NCBI GenBank assembly: GCA_951804945.1
Contig: OX638150.1
Coordinates: 36,952,001-37,016,000, forward strand
DNA: 64,000 bases
Direction: 5' to 3'
Origin: Podarcis cretensis
Lineage: Eukaryota
Under the pieces are notes generated by a model. That model ran no database searches and was not told the DNA's origin. It saw only the letters and a list, made by a program, of their open reading frames with translations. Both the position numbers and the translations under genes were made by a program. Each line of letters opens with the position of its first letter. The stretch's first letter is position 1. Below are positions 25,113 through 37,597 of this stretch, one piece after another.

Positions 25113-26631
25113 TTAGTATAGTATTAGGTTTTCTCTATTAACAATGTGTCTTACCTTCATTTACGTCAGCAGTAGGGAGCTGGTGCCCCCCCCCCAGATG
25201 TTGGACTGCAGCTCCTCTCAGCCCGTGTCAGAACAGCCAACCATCAGGAATGCTGGGAGTTGTCCTCCAACAACATCTGTCCGGAAGCACCAGGTTCTCC
25301 ATTCCTGTTCAACTTCTTGGACAGTCACTTGGTTGATTTCTGTTCAGCCTACAAATGAAACCTTCCGTACCTTTAAAAAAATGTATTCATGGTCTTAGAC
25401 TCAGTAATATACTGCCTGGAATTCCAGCTGAGTCACTTTCTTCTTATATAGATATACTAGCAATTCTGATTGCATTTACTGAATGCAAGAAATATTTTGG
25501 GGTGGGGTGTTAAAAAGAAAATCTGGTGTTTTTAATGATTAAACGGTTCAACTTGCAGTGCTTTGAATGTTTTACAAATACTGTCTGATGATGCACTTGT
25601 AGCTCACACTGTTACCCCCAGGACTCCTTCTTTTGAAAGTTTTTTGTAAGTGGGTGCAACTTTTGCTCTGAGGCTGGCTGCCTCACCTTCTTACCGATAT
25701 CTTTGGACTGTAGGGCGGCCGCTTGTTTTAAGCTGTGCCCCCCCCCCCCCGCTAGTCCTCTCAGTTGCTTTGTAGCCACTTCTGATGCTCTGTGTGTCAT
25801 ATCAAAGGCATGCTCAAGGACTAAACCAATCTCTCATGCAAACCTGGATCTCTGCCTGCCTGATCTCATGCCACACACTATGCAGTTTTTAGTGATTCAC
25901 TCAGCTCCCCAAATGCACAAGTTTGTGCCAACAGCTTGAAAGCAATCACTATTTCATCCACTATCCGTGCTTTCTCTTTCATTCCGAGTTCTAATAAAGA
26001 ATCTGCACCTTTCATGCTTAATATTTCTTCTGAGTGTGCTTCAGATTCAATATTTCAAATCCAGACATGGCCATTTATTATTTGCATTGTCATCAAACTG
26101 AAAAGTATTAAATACCTCTCTTGCTTATTCACCTGCCTTATGAATAAATAGTGTTGGATAAAATCTCTCACCTATTTCAATTGACCCACTTGCAATGCAG
26201 TGCTGTACAACTCAAATCCTTGTCTGCATCTTCTTGAGTCGTCACAGCATTTCCTTCCCACAGCATAATTCTTAGAGATTTTCTCTTGTCCATTTTTTTT
26301 GCGGGGGGCATTCTGTTTTACCATGTTTAAACAAGGCCTAAGTTCATGAAAGGATAATTTCTCATTTGCCATTGTCTCCATCTTCCTTCTATCCCCTATT
26401 GCAGGGATGGGTGACCTGTAGCCCTCCAGTTCTTGTTGACTCCAACTCCCTTTATCCCAAGCCAGCAATAGTCACCAGTGGTCAAGGAAGATGGCAGCTG
26501 AAGTTCAACAACATTCAGAGGGCCACAGGTCCTCCACCCTCAGCTCGACTGCCTGCCCTATGTAGGCTCCTCAGGGCAGGGACCTGTCTTTTAGTTGTAA
26601 AGTGCCGGGCACATTAAGGGTGCTATATAAA

Positions 26632-26994
26632 CAGATCTGGCCCAAAACAGTTTGGCCCCTGAGGTGAAGCACAAAATTCCCTGTTTCCGGCCAGGGAAGA
26701 AGGGGTGAGTGTCGATCTACATTGGGAATAAAGGGGAACTAAAGATCTACACTGGGAACAAAGGTGGTAGGCGACCAGCAAAACCTTCTCTTCACCAAAA
26801 GGCTGCTGTAAATGTGTTTTGGCTGCCAAGGAGGCGGCAAATCCAGCCTCCAAGGAGTGTGCTGCAGCTGTTGCTGCCATTGCAGTGGCGATGGCAGCAG
26901 GCAATGCATTTTTTGGAGGCCAGATCTGCTGCCCCTGTGGATTCTGCCTCCCAAGGCAGTTGCCTTACCTTGCCTTATCGGTGGGTCAGCCCTG
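26632..26994. mobile_element. hAT-type MITE (degenerate)
   Basis: CAGATCTGGCCC...GGGTCAGCCCTG imperfect TIR; 8-bp TSD tatataaa / tagataaa. Confidence 0.65.
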
Positions 26995-29900
26995 TAGATA
27001 AAATAAAAATGTTTTACCTCCTCCTGATACTGTGTAATATTTGCTGCTGAACATTCTGTAGGATGATGCAATAGGAAGCTGAAGTGTGGACAACACCCAT
27101 GTTGAAAATGAAGCTTTTGCCTTCCTGGATCAAAGACTAAATCTTTTGAAATTGCAAATGGATTTCATTATGATGATTAATGTGGCAGATACAAGAGCAT
27201 TTTATGACCGGTTGTCTCACTGTGCTCTCCTGCTGTGACCCTAAAGTATTAAATATTGACTCTCTTGCTCATCTTTCTTTGTCCAGCTGTGGCTCAATGT
27301 GCCAAATGGCTTTTTCTGCCACCTCTCTCCCTGACACCCAAAGAGGTCCAAGGGAGTCAATAAAATATTGCCTGTTCCTGTTCTAATATCAATGTTTAAT
27401 GTTTGTCTTTAATCTGCAGCTATGGTTCCTAATGAAGAATTGGGGTACCAAAGGACTTTGTTTAACTTTAAGGGCATGAATAATTGCCTAGGCTTCTGCA
27501 ATTTGTTCTTGAAAACAAATGGAGCATGTTATAAATAGTTTATAGCACCCTCACTGGCCAGCTCCTTTTAGCTTTCCCCATGTATGAATAATGGATTATT
27601 ATCCCAAACTGGGCTTGGCCAGTGCTACAGATTAAGTGCCTAGGCAGTAGCAGCTACCTTTTTTAAAAACTCCAGGCCATCTGGCACCAGGGGTCAGCAT
27701 CGTTGCACAACTGTTAAAGCCCAACCCTAACTCAGGGTTCCTCTGCCAACCCCTGGAGCCTCCTGGTTCTGCTGTTCCTTCCTTTGTTGTTGCTGCCTGT
27801 ACACTTGGTCCATTCACTGGTCTGTACACCACCGATACAATGGTCTCTAGAACGTTGTTCACTGGGGAATGGATACCCCTGTCCCACAGGGATGTTGTGG
27901 ATATACAGCCTGAAGATGAATAATGGCCTTCTGGTTCCTGGGGGTTAAAACACGAGTAAGCAAGTTTTTACTCGAACTGTTGGGCATGGTGTTTGGGTGT
28001 TTATTTCAAAGACAGAACTCCATGCTTTACTTCTGAGTTTCTCTGAAAGGCCTTTGTGCCTGTAGGTGTTGCTATTGTTTGTCTCATTAGATGGTTCTGC
28101 ACTTGACTGATTGCCTGCACAATTTTCTGCCGCAATTTGAAAATGTCTGTATTTTGAAGGGCTTTCATGTGCTCCTTTAGAGTCACGCACATGCGTCATT
28201 AGGCACAATTGGGGGGGGGCATTGACTGGAGGCAAAATGCTGGCCAACCATTAGCATGCGCTGTAATCTGAGAAGAAATGTAAGACCATACAATAGAGCC
28301 ACGCCAAGAAACACTTTTTTTTTACTTCCATTTTGCTTTCATTATCATAGGAAATTGAAGTGTAGCATATATATGTTTTGGTTTTTCCCAACTGCCCCCT
28401 TCCAATGTCATCATTCCTTGGTTAGGTTATGAACAACATATAAAAACATAATAAAACACCAAACATTAATAGTAACGATCTGATCCAATATAAAAGCCGC
28501 AATAACTAAAATAGACAACTTATATCAAACAAAGCAACATTCAACAATACATCAGTATCTAATAGTAAACAGTAAAATTAAACATCAACAAATAATAATT
28601 AAACAGTTTACACTTATCAACCACAATAAAGAATTACCAATCTACAATCAATAAAAATAACAGCAAATAACAATGCATAAAATACCACAAAACATAAAAA
28701 ACCATGTAAAAGGATCAAATTGAGAAACAGACACACAACTTATAAAACTATTTTTAAAAAATATCCCTGAACTTCCCTTCCCAACTGCTGAGTTGTTGTT
28801 GTTGTTGTTGCAATATATACGAGAGGGCTAAATGAGGCTCATCAATATGGGAACATAGCCCTTCTAGGAAACGGAAAACTCTGAACCTAAACACCTGCTG
28901 CCTTGCGGCTATAATCGTTTGTAAGAATGGCTTTGGGAGTAAACCTTGAGGAAAAATCTGTACCTACTGTCTTGTGGGACATGTTTGGGAGAAGAAAAGG
29001 CTAAGGAGTAAACCCTATGCAAATCCGGAGTGGAGTCCCTAAAATGGTTGGGTGGTGCCTTGTATGCCTCCTTCCAGCAACTCCTGCAGCCAAGCTGGTA
29101 CCCAATGTATTGCTCTGCTTTCCTTTGGAGCCCATCCGTGAGGCTGAGGCAGGAGGTCTGGTTGTGTGAGCGGCTCAGGACCTTCATGCACACTGTTCAG
29201 GCTTGCACTCCGGAGAGGTTACTTGAGTGCTGCTAATGCAGCAAAAACAATGCAGGAGTCAGCAGTTATAAGTTACTGGTCTCTGCAGCCATAACATGCC
29301 CTGTGATTCTCCAGCAGTTTGGCTTGAGACAGGCAGATGACAACAATATGAGTTTTTTGTGATGATATATTGCAATTCTGTGGCATTTTGATGGACCGTG
29401 ATATATTTTGATGCTTAATGTGTCATTTTCTTTCGTGGTTCTTGGTCATTTTAGTTATGTACATTGTTTAGTGATATTTATTTAACTGTGTTACTTAAAA
29501 TGTGGAATTATTAGTATTAGTAATCATTGTTCGGTTTTGAATGAGGAATTCATATTGTCTTTCCTATATTGATTGCTTTTTGTAAACTGCTTAGAGACTT
29601 CTGTTGAAATAGGAAGTGGCATATAAATTAGCAATTTAATAAAAAGGTGTCTCATTGCTAACCATGCACAACGTTAACCCTAACATCAAAGCTAATGATA
29701 AATACTGTAGAAAAAAATGCCATGAGAAATAGTCTTGACTTTCTGCATGTGCCAGCATTTAAGCAGTCAGTCTAAAGGTGAGTTCCTGATTTGCTAGAAT
29801 AGGAGGCTGTTCGCACATAATGTTGTTTAGGGAAGGTTGGGATTGCCAATCCTTGGATTCTGGTGCCTGGATAGGATCTAAGATGGGGTGTTTTGTGGGA

Positions 29901-30080
29901 CAGAGGGAGGAGAGACAGGACCCAGGTTCATGGAACTGGAGCCCAGATTGAATAATGTGAGCACTACACTATTCCTTCAAAACAGAAAAGAAAAGATAGC
30001 TGGTATTCTTAGCAAGCTCCCCTTGGTACCAGAATCTGAGCTCCGAACTAACCACTCCCATGTGTGTTTGTACTCAACAG

Positions 30081-30154
30081 CGATAGAAGGCAGACGGGAC
30101 CAGTGTGAGGTACCCAGGGATCCCAAGTACCCTGACTGCTCTGGGAAAGTGGAG
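30081..30154 (+). CDS. MGAT5B: MGAT5B internal coding exon (approx. exon 5)
   Basis: Branch-like AACTAAC at 30046-30052, acceptor caacag|, donor GAG|gtgagt. Encodes (S)IEGRRDQCEVPRDPKYPDCSGKVE; 74 bp, in phase with both neighbours. Confidence 0.96.
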
Positions 30155-30403
30155 GTGAGTAAAGTAGATTCAGATTTGTGCTCTGAACAGAAAAAAAGGT
30201 AGAAATGAAAGCAATGTGTCTATTTGGATGACAGTTAAAAGAAGATGGAATCTTTTTTGTTCACACACTGTTCCAGCAAGCACTGCAGCAGTAAAACCAA
30301 ATTATTACGATGTGAGAAAACATCTTTTCAATGCATTTTTCTTTCCCCCCCAAATTAGAAAGGAATACAAGTGGGATATAAAAGGCATGGGTAGTGTTTC
30401 AGA

Positions 30404-30773
30404 GGGACACGGGTGGCACTGTGGGTTAAACCACAAAGCCTAGGACTTGCTGATCAGAAGGTCGGCGGTTCAAATCTTCGCAATGGGGTGAGCTCCCATT
30501 GTTCGGTCCCTGCTCCTGCCAACCTAGCAGTTTGAAAGCACATCAAAGTGCAAGTAGATAAATAGGTTCCACTCTGGCAGGAAGGTAAACAGCGCTTCTG
30601 TGTGCTGCTCTGGTTTGCCAGAAGCGGCTTAGTCATGCTGGCCACATGACCTGGAAGCTGTCTGCGGACAAACGCCAGCTCCCTTGGCCAATAAAGCGAG
30701 ATGAGTACACAACCCCAGAGTCGTCCACGACTGGACCTAATGGTCAGGGGTCCCATTACCTTTACTTTACTTT
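30404..30773 (+). mobile_element. Sauria SINE
   Basis: GGGACACGGGTGGCACTGTGG head and ACCTTT tail; 13-bp TSD tagtgtttcagag (30392-30404 / 30774-30786). Confidence 0.92.
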
Positions 30774-31427
30774 TAGTGTTTCAGAGATCACCTGGGGAAA
30801 TGAACAGCGATAGTTAAGTCAAGTTTTCCATGAGCTAGAGTTGGACCAGTGGGTGCCCTGCCCCACCAAGAATAAGAATTTGTTCCACCTCAGTAAAATT
30901 CAAGCACGCAAACACTGACTTCTTGGTTTAGTGATACAACAAAATTGTATCTTATTCCTTAGATGAGGGAGATTTCTTGTTGAGAACAAATCAGGAGCAG
31001 CTGGTGCCGCCTGCCCTCAAGTGATTCTGCTCCAAACTGACAACACCCACCTGACCTGTCCAGCTCTGCTGCCCAGTCAAGTACCCCGCTGGCTCAGGGT
31101 GGACTTTTCAAGATCCATGTCTCCCTTACTATGCTTAATCAGTCCTGAAGTCCCCCTTTAGCTACTGTATGGCTGTGAATGTGGTGCTCAGAGAGGGTAA
31201 GGGACAACTTAAGGCAGTTACTGTTTATTGCAACAAGAGACTGTACTCATTATAAGCAGGCAGAAGCTTGCAAACTTAAAAATAACTGTTCTTATTTAAT
31301 GCTTGCTTTTTGGACACTAAGAAGCCATTGAAATAACTTCATTTCTCTGAAGCCTACCTGGAAATGTGGCAGCCCCACTTAGTGTGGAGGGCTGGATATG
31401 GCCCTGGAGGTCAACTCTGAACTTTAA

Positions 31428-31797
31428 GGGACGTGAGTGGTGCTGTGGTCTCAACCACTGAGCCTAGGACTTGCCGATCTGAAAATCGGTGGTTCGAATC
31501 CCCGCGACAGGGTGAGCTCCCGTTGTTCGGTCCCAGCTCCTGCCAACCTAGCAGTTCGAAAGCACATCAAAGTGCAAGTAGATAAAAAGGTACCGCTCTG
31601 GCGGGAAGGTAAACGGTCTTTCTGTGCACTGTTCTGGTTTTGCCAGAAGCGGCTTAGTCATGCTAGCCACATGACCCGGAAAAACTGTCTGCGGACAAAG
31701 GTGGGCTCCCTCGGCCAGTAAAGCGAGATGAGCGTCACAACCCCAGAGTCGTTCGTGACTGGACTTAACTGTCAGAGGTCCTTTACCATTACCTTTT
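31428..31797 (+). mobile_element. Sauria SINE
   Basis: tRNA-like head with GGTTCGAATCC, conserved body, ACCTTT tail. Confidence 0.9.
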
Positions 31798-32387
31798 TAT
31801 TCCCCTAGATTTTATATATTGCTCCACCAACAGATAAGAGCAGAGGAAGATCAAGGCCCACCTAGTCTAGAATCCTCTTCTCATACAGGGATCTGATTGG
31901 TACTGGGAAGCCCACAAGCAGGACCTGATTGCAACAGTGCTCTTCCCAATTGAGATGGTGAGATTCAACTCCCATCATCCCTGACTATTGGCCATGGTGG
32001 CTGGGCTGATGGGAGTTGGAGTCCAGCAGCATCTGAAGGGCACCAGCTTGAGGAAGACCTCCCTATGGGGTAATTTATGCACTACAGCTGCAACCATAGC
32101 CCTAATGTGTCAATTAGTACTGTGCTGAACCTTCTCAGAGATTTCATGTTGGTCATTTGAAGGAGGAGGGTGAGGGCAAAATGAAGATACCCCCCCCCCA
32201 AAAAAAGGTAGGGTGGGTAGAATTTCATTAGTTTCAAGTGACCAGATTTTTTGAGGTGGATGAGTAGATTGTGCTTTTCTTACATGAAGTGGCCAGGGTG
32301 TGTCTCTTTTCAGATCAAACATTTTTGGAAAGCCCTAAATTCAGGGAAAGAAGACCTTGTTGAGCTTGACTCTAGTCTAGAGACATG

Positions 32388-32534
32388 AGAGGTGTTGTGG
32401 ACTCTCCTTCTTTGGAGGCTTTTAAGCAGAGGTTGGATGGCCATCTGCCATGGATGCTTTAGCTGAGATTTCTGCATTGCAGGGGGTTGGACTAGATGAC
32501 CCTTGGGGCCCCTTCCAACTCTACGATTCTATGA
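32388..32534 (+). mobile_element. CR1 LINE 3' end
   Basis: GGGGGTTGGACTAGATGACC...CCCTTCCAACTCTACGATTCTATGA is the typical CR1 3' terminus. A shorter relic lies at about 8814-8864. Confidence 0.85.
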
Positions 32535-33786
32535 AATATTCACTGAGAGAGAGGGGGGGGATGCACACCTTCTTTGTGTGAAGTCTGAGCAACTAGGTTG
32601 CCCTTCCTTGCATGATTCATGGACTAATGTAGCATTTATATCTCTGTTAATTATTCATATGCAACAAAATGCAAAGGAAGCACCAATGGATTTATTGTCT
32701 TGCTTGTTTTTAATCTCAAGCGTTATCTCTGCCCTGGGGAACAAGCAAAGTGTTGTAACCGGATGCTGGTTTTGAGTACCACATTCTGCTTAGAGCAGCA
32801 CATTGCCTTGACTTGAACACAACTCGGGCATTTGATTGGGCGGTGCAATTGTGTGCCGCTCTGTATCTGCACCGACCCGTTTAGCTTAACAGTAAGATTA
32901 ACATGAAGTCATTCCCCCCACTGCACCCCTTCAGCTGTTATTTCAGCCTGCATGCCCCTCAACCAGCTACTTGACAAAACAAATTAACTGCCAGATTAAC
33001 AAGACACAACCGTTGCATTACTCAGATTGTCCCAGCTACATAGCGGTCATTTTCTCCCATCCTCTTCCATGGCGGGGTTAAATTTTAAGTGTAATTTAAT
33101 TGCTGGAGGCAGTAATTCGATCTCCTGTCTGGATGATTGGTGTGTTTTACATATCGGGAGTGGAGGGCTGTCTCCTGAGTGGCTTCGTTTGTGTAGTTAA
33201 GTTTGGAAGAGGCTGGCACCAGCAATTACGGAGGATGATAGATCTACATGGAGAACTGGAAGCCTGGGCTATTGCCTTGCATGCAAAATCACCTTGCGAA
33301 AGAACCTCGCTAAATTTATTTCTCTTTAGCACAGATATAAGCCTTTCTGAACCTGGTGGCCTCCAAAAGTTTTTGACTACAACCTCCATAGTGGAGTCAT
33401 TTCCAGAATATCAGGAGGGAGGCTAGCTCTGCTTTTTTGGGGGAAAGAATACATGTGTTAGCTTCACTCTATGGGGCAAAACCACTGCAGATAAGGATCA
33501 GGCATTTTCTACACTTATCAGCCAGCTTGCTTTTGTTCTGGCAAATTTCATCTGAAGTGCTGTGATATTATTTATTTCCTCCACAACCTGTGCTGATCAG
33601 TGATAACAGACCTCAGTGATAAGCAAAATAAGCTTTGTGAGATCTAAGCTAACGGATAAAATGTAAGCTCCTTGGCAGGATCTCCTATCCATTTTTAGAT
33701 AAAAGCTTTAGATGAGTTTTCTGGGTAATAAAAATTCTATTCTATTTAAAGAGGTGAACCGCCCTGATACCTCCAGGTATAGAGCA

Positions 33787-33789
<3 letters not shown>

Positions 33790-33856
<67 letters not shown>
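33790..33856. repeat. (AAT)n microsatellite, probably a LINE tail
   Basis: Seen directly; preceded by gtgaaccgccctga...ggtatagagcaatat, which resembles a retroposon 3' end. Confidence 0.9.
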
Positions 33857-33857
<1 letters not shown>

Positions 33858-34623
33858 TAGTAAGTTTATTAAATCATTTTCTTAGGGCTGCTTTGCATGT
33901 CATTTTACTTATATACAGTATAAGGGGAAGAAAATGTGTGGTATACCATTGTGTATTAGCCTACACATACATGTATACAGCCTTGCTGTATTTTTTAATG
34001 ATAGTATGCTCTACAAATAGATCAATAAATATACATATTTCAGATCTTTATCCTTTTCGGCAATGATTTTGTCCCTTAGATTGGTGCCACCAGAATCTTA
34101 CCAGAATTTCCTATTCTTTACTTACTCAGAATTGTTTTCACAGTTTCTATTGAACAAAATTAGCTCCCACAACAGGAGGTTTTGTTTGTTTTGTATTTAA
34201 TGTTCTCCTTTTGTATTTTTATGCCGTAAACCACCTGTGGTTTTTAATAAAAAAATTTTTAATAATCAAATAAAAAGTTCCGGAGCTGTTTTGTTGACTA
34301 CACCTCCCTAGTCTGAAAGTCTGTCTTTTCACTGCATCCTTTTGATTTCTTTCCTTTAACAGGATTTCTGTCTGCCATATAAATACCTTTGTAACAACTT
34401 TTTCCAGTTAAGCCAATAATTTGCCAATACTCATGCATCATATCCCTTGATAAAGTCCAAAGAAACGAGCTCAGCCTCTAGAAATGTTAGCCTCTTCTCA
34501 GTGTAAATCCAAGCCTTAATCTGATGATCCCTTGATATCACTTGCTGCATTCAGAAGCTCCACTGTTGGTTACATCTTTGTGTAAAGGCTCAGCTAACCA
34601 ATACCCCTCCCTTTGCCTTTCAG

Positions 34624-34794
34624 TGGATGAGAGCACGGTGGACGTCTGACCCCTGCTATGCATTCTTCGGTGTGGACGGCACAGAGTGCTCGTTCCTCAT
34701 CTACCTCAGCGAAGTCGAGTGGTTTTGCCCCGTGCTGCCTTGGCGAAATCAGACAGCGGCTGCATCTTCCACCATGCCACCACCCAGAGCGCAG
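34624..34794 (+). CDS. MGAT5B: MGAT5B internal coding exon (approx. exon 6)
   Basis: Polypyrimidine tract then cag|, donor CAG|gtgagg. Encodes WMRARWTSDPCYAFFGVDGTECSFLIYLSEVEWFCPVLPWRNQTAAASSTMPPPRAQ; 171 bp. Confidence 0.97.
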
Positions 34795-35418
34795 GTGAGG
34801 CTTGGAGGCCTTGAATCATGCCAGTCAAATTCTCACTTATTTGACAAAGGTTGTTTTTGTCGGAAACAGTTGGTTTCGATGCTCTCAGACAACAGGAATA
34901 GGCAACAGTGAGAGAAAAGATTAATGTCCCTGGCTGAGTGTGGGAAGGGCAAAAGAGAAAGATCATGCCCAGTGGTGGTTATGTCACAGACTATGTGGGG
35001 GCATGGTCTCGCACTCATGCTAGGGTGCTCCTGTCTGAGCTGAGGAGAAATAAGGAAAGCATGGGTAATGATCCCTCAGTCTGTTCTGTAACCTGGTACA
35101 ACATTGCCTCTTTCCTCCCTGCCATACTGCCCCCAGTAAGGTGTTAGTGCTAGTGGGTGGGGTGTTCACATCCTTGAGTGGCAGCAGTAGTTTGTCCCAA
35201 GAGTCTCTTCCATCTGCCTGATGGGCAGGAAGTGGGGAGTGGGTATGGGGACAAGGCTGTGGTCAACTCTTCAAGCAACAAGTATACCTAGCAAAATGGT
35301 ACCCCATGAAAACAGTGCATAAGCCCGTTCTATCCACCCTGGAAATTCTTCCATCACTTCCTTCCCCAACATGCACAGGGGAGAGGAAATTGAGTGGGGT
35401 ATCTTGGAGAAGAGTTAT

Positions 35419-35456
35419 GGGTGGGTGGGTGGGTGGGTGGGTGGGTGGGTGGGTGG
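35419..35456 (+). repeat. (GGGT)n repeat
   Basis: Nine GGGT units. Confidence 0.95.
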
Positions 35457-35551
35457 AACTACGAATAGAAGCACTCTGCACTATAGCATTTAGTTGCACA
35501 TCAAAACTGATTTACTTTAATCAGCAAATTAGCTGTCCCTATATCATAGTT

Positions 35552-35915
35552 GGGGACACGGGTGGCGCTGTGGGTAAAACCTCAGTGCCTAGGGCTTGCC
35601 GATCGCATGGTCGGCGGTTCGAATCCCCACGGCGGGGTGAGCTCCCGTCTTTCGGTCCCAGCTCCTGCCCACCTAGCAGTTCGAAAGCACCCTTAAGTGC
35701 AAGTAGATAAATAGGTACCGCTTTATAGCGGGAAGGTAAACAGCGTTTCCGTGTGCTGCGCTGGTGCTGGCTCGCCAGAGCAGCTTCGTCACGCTGGCCA
35801 CGTGACCCAGAAGTGTCTCTGGACAGCGCTGGCCCCCGGCCTCTTAAGTGAGATGGGTGCACAACCCTAGAGTCAGACACGACTGCCCCATACGGGCAGG
35901 GGTACCTTTACCTTT
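35552..35915 (+). mobile_element. Sauria SINE (young, CpG-rich subfamily)
   Basis: Perfect 12-bp TSD tatatcatagtt (35540-35551 / 35916-35927); intact head and tail. Confidence 0.93.
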
Positions 35916-36007
35916 TATATCATAGTTAATTTTCAAGATGGCACTGAACATATTGGCTGCCCCTTGGTGACTGAATTTGTTCGCTCCAATCATAAGGCAT
36001 CTTCAGC

Positions 36008-36281
36008 CAGGGCCGTAACTAGGGGGGGGGTGAGGTGGGCCCCCACCAGGGCACAGGCGAGAGGGGGAGGTGCAAAATCAGCTAAAATATGTCCATAAAT
36101 ATATCTATAAATAAAAATATCGATTATTTCCCCATAAGAAAAGGTTTTAAATAGAGGGTGAATTGAATGGGTGGAGAGGGGGTTGTAGGAGAGGTGGAAA
36201 GAAGAACTAATTTGCCCGTGGGTAGGGGGCACAATCTGGAAGGTTCTGCCAGGGGCACAAGATCACCTAGCTACGGCTCTG
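36008..36281. mobile_element. hAT-type MITE
   Basis: TIR CAGGGCCGTAACTAGG...CCTAGCTACGGCTCTG; perfect 8-bp TSD tcttcagc. Confidence 0.85.
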
Positions 36282-36431
36282 TCTTCAGCCCTGTTCAAAT
36301 GGAGAAGAGAAAGGAAACATACTTTGCCCATGTAACCTACATGCACCGTAGAATCTCCTTGCTCAGACAGCCATTACAAGGGTCACTCTGGACCTTGCAC
36401 TAACAGGAAGAGTCTGTTGTTGTTTCCCTAG

Positions 36432-36596
36432 GCGTCTTTTCAGAGAGACCTCTCCTACCTCCTGGAGTTGATTGGCAGTGGCAAAGAGTCTTTGATCTTC
36501 ATGAAGAAAAGGATTCGGCATTTGGCCACGCAGTGGCTGAGGGCTTCACATAAACTGGAGCAGAAGCTAGAAGACAAAAAGAGAGATCAGAAACAG
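36432..36596 (+). CDS. MGAT5B: MGAT5B internal coding exon (approx. exon 7); not in the supplied ORF track
   Basis: CACTAAC branch point at 36398-36404, acceptor ccctag|, donor CAG|gtacaa. Translated by hand: ASFQRDLSYLLELIGSGKESLIFMKKRIRHLATQWLRASHKLEQKLEDKKRDQKQ, matching recalled human GSGKESLIFMKKR...RDQKQ; 165 bp. Confidence 0.95.
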
Positions 36597-36704
36597 GTAC
36601 AAAATTTAATCTGCTACTTGTGAACCAACTTGTTATATGTGGGTATGGTGGACTCACAGCAAGACTGAGGGCTGTATCCAGCTGAAGCGTCCCATCAGTA
36701 CAAA

Positions 36705-37165
36705 GACCATATAACACTGGTCCTGAGAGACCTGCATTGGCTCCCAGTACATTTCCGAGCACAATTCAAAGTGTTGGTGCTGACCTTTAAGGCCCTAAAT
36801 GGCCTCGGTTCTGTATACCTGAAGGAGCATCTCCACCCCCATCATTCAGCCCGAACACTGAGGTCCAGCGCTGAGGGCCTTCTGGCAGTTCCCTCACTGT
36901 GAGAAGAGAGGTTACAGGGAACCAGGCAGAGGGCCTTCTCGGTAATGGTGCCTGCCCTGTGGAACGCCCTCCCATCAGATGTCAAGGACATAAGCAACTA
37001 TCTTACTTTTAAAAGACATCTGAAGGCAGCCCTGTTTAGGGAAGTTTTTAATGTTTAATGCTGTATTGTGTTTTTAACATTCGGTTGGGAGCCTCCCAGA
37101 GTGGCTGGGGAAACCCAGCCAGATGGGTTGGGTATAAATAATAAATTATTATTATAAATTATTAT
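36705..37165 (+). mobile_element. L2-clade LINE 3' fragment
   Basis: Translates DHITLVLRDLHWLPVHFRAQFKVLVLTFKALNGLG...RAFSVMVPALWNALP...FKRHLKAALF (L2 ORF2 C-terminus, one internal stop), then 3' UTR and a (TTA)n tail. Confidence 0.85.
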
Positions 37166-37427
37166 ACGGACTCCACTTCCACAATGGGACCTCCCTGCTC
37201 TTCCCCAAATCTGTTCTGGAGTGTTAGAGGAAACTTAGCTCAGATTGCAGGGGGAGGTGGGGAAAGTTTTGTTGCACAAGTGGACGTCCTTGTGTTGATG
37301 GGATGTGATAGTTGGATTCACCCTGAGAGTTTACCTTGCTATGTGCTCTGTATATTTGCTTCTCCCTTGTACACCCAGCACTGATATCATGCTCTCTCTC
37401 TCTTCCTCTCCCTCCCTCCTTCATTAG

Positions 37428-37597
37428 ATTTTGATCCACATTGGCTTCTTGACAGAAGAATCAGGAGATGTTTTCAGCCCTCGCGTCTTAAAGGGAGGCC
37501 CCCTGGGGGAGATGGTCCAATGGGCAGATATTTTGGCAGTCCTTTTCATTCTGGGCCATAGCCTGAAAATCACAGTTTCTTTGAAGGAGCTCCAGAG
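37428..37597 (+). CDS. MGAT5B: MGAT5B internal coding exon (approx. exon 8), includes the GGPLGE catalytic motif
   Basis: Long CT tract then tag|, donor AG|gtgggt. Encodes ILIHIGFLTEESGDVFSPRVLKGGPLGEMVQWADILAVLFILGHSLKITVSLKELQ; 170 bp. GGPLGEMVQW is the MGAT5B form (MGAT5 has GGPLGELVQW). Confidence 0.97.

Noticed and set aside
28430-28760. Strongly A/C-skewed AT-rich tract as a NUMT or foreign DNA
   Set aside because: No mitochondrial gene or tRNA similarity seen. It begins with the same words as the L2 tail near 11449, so it is more likely a minus-strand LINE 3' UTR or low-complexity sequence.
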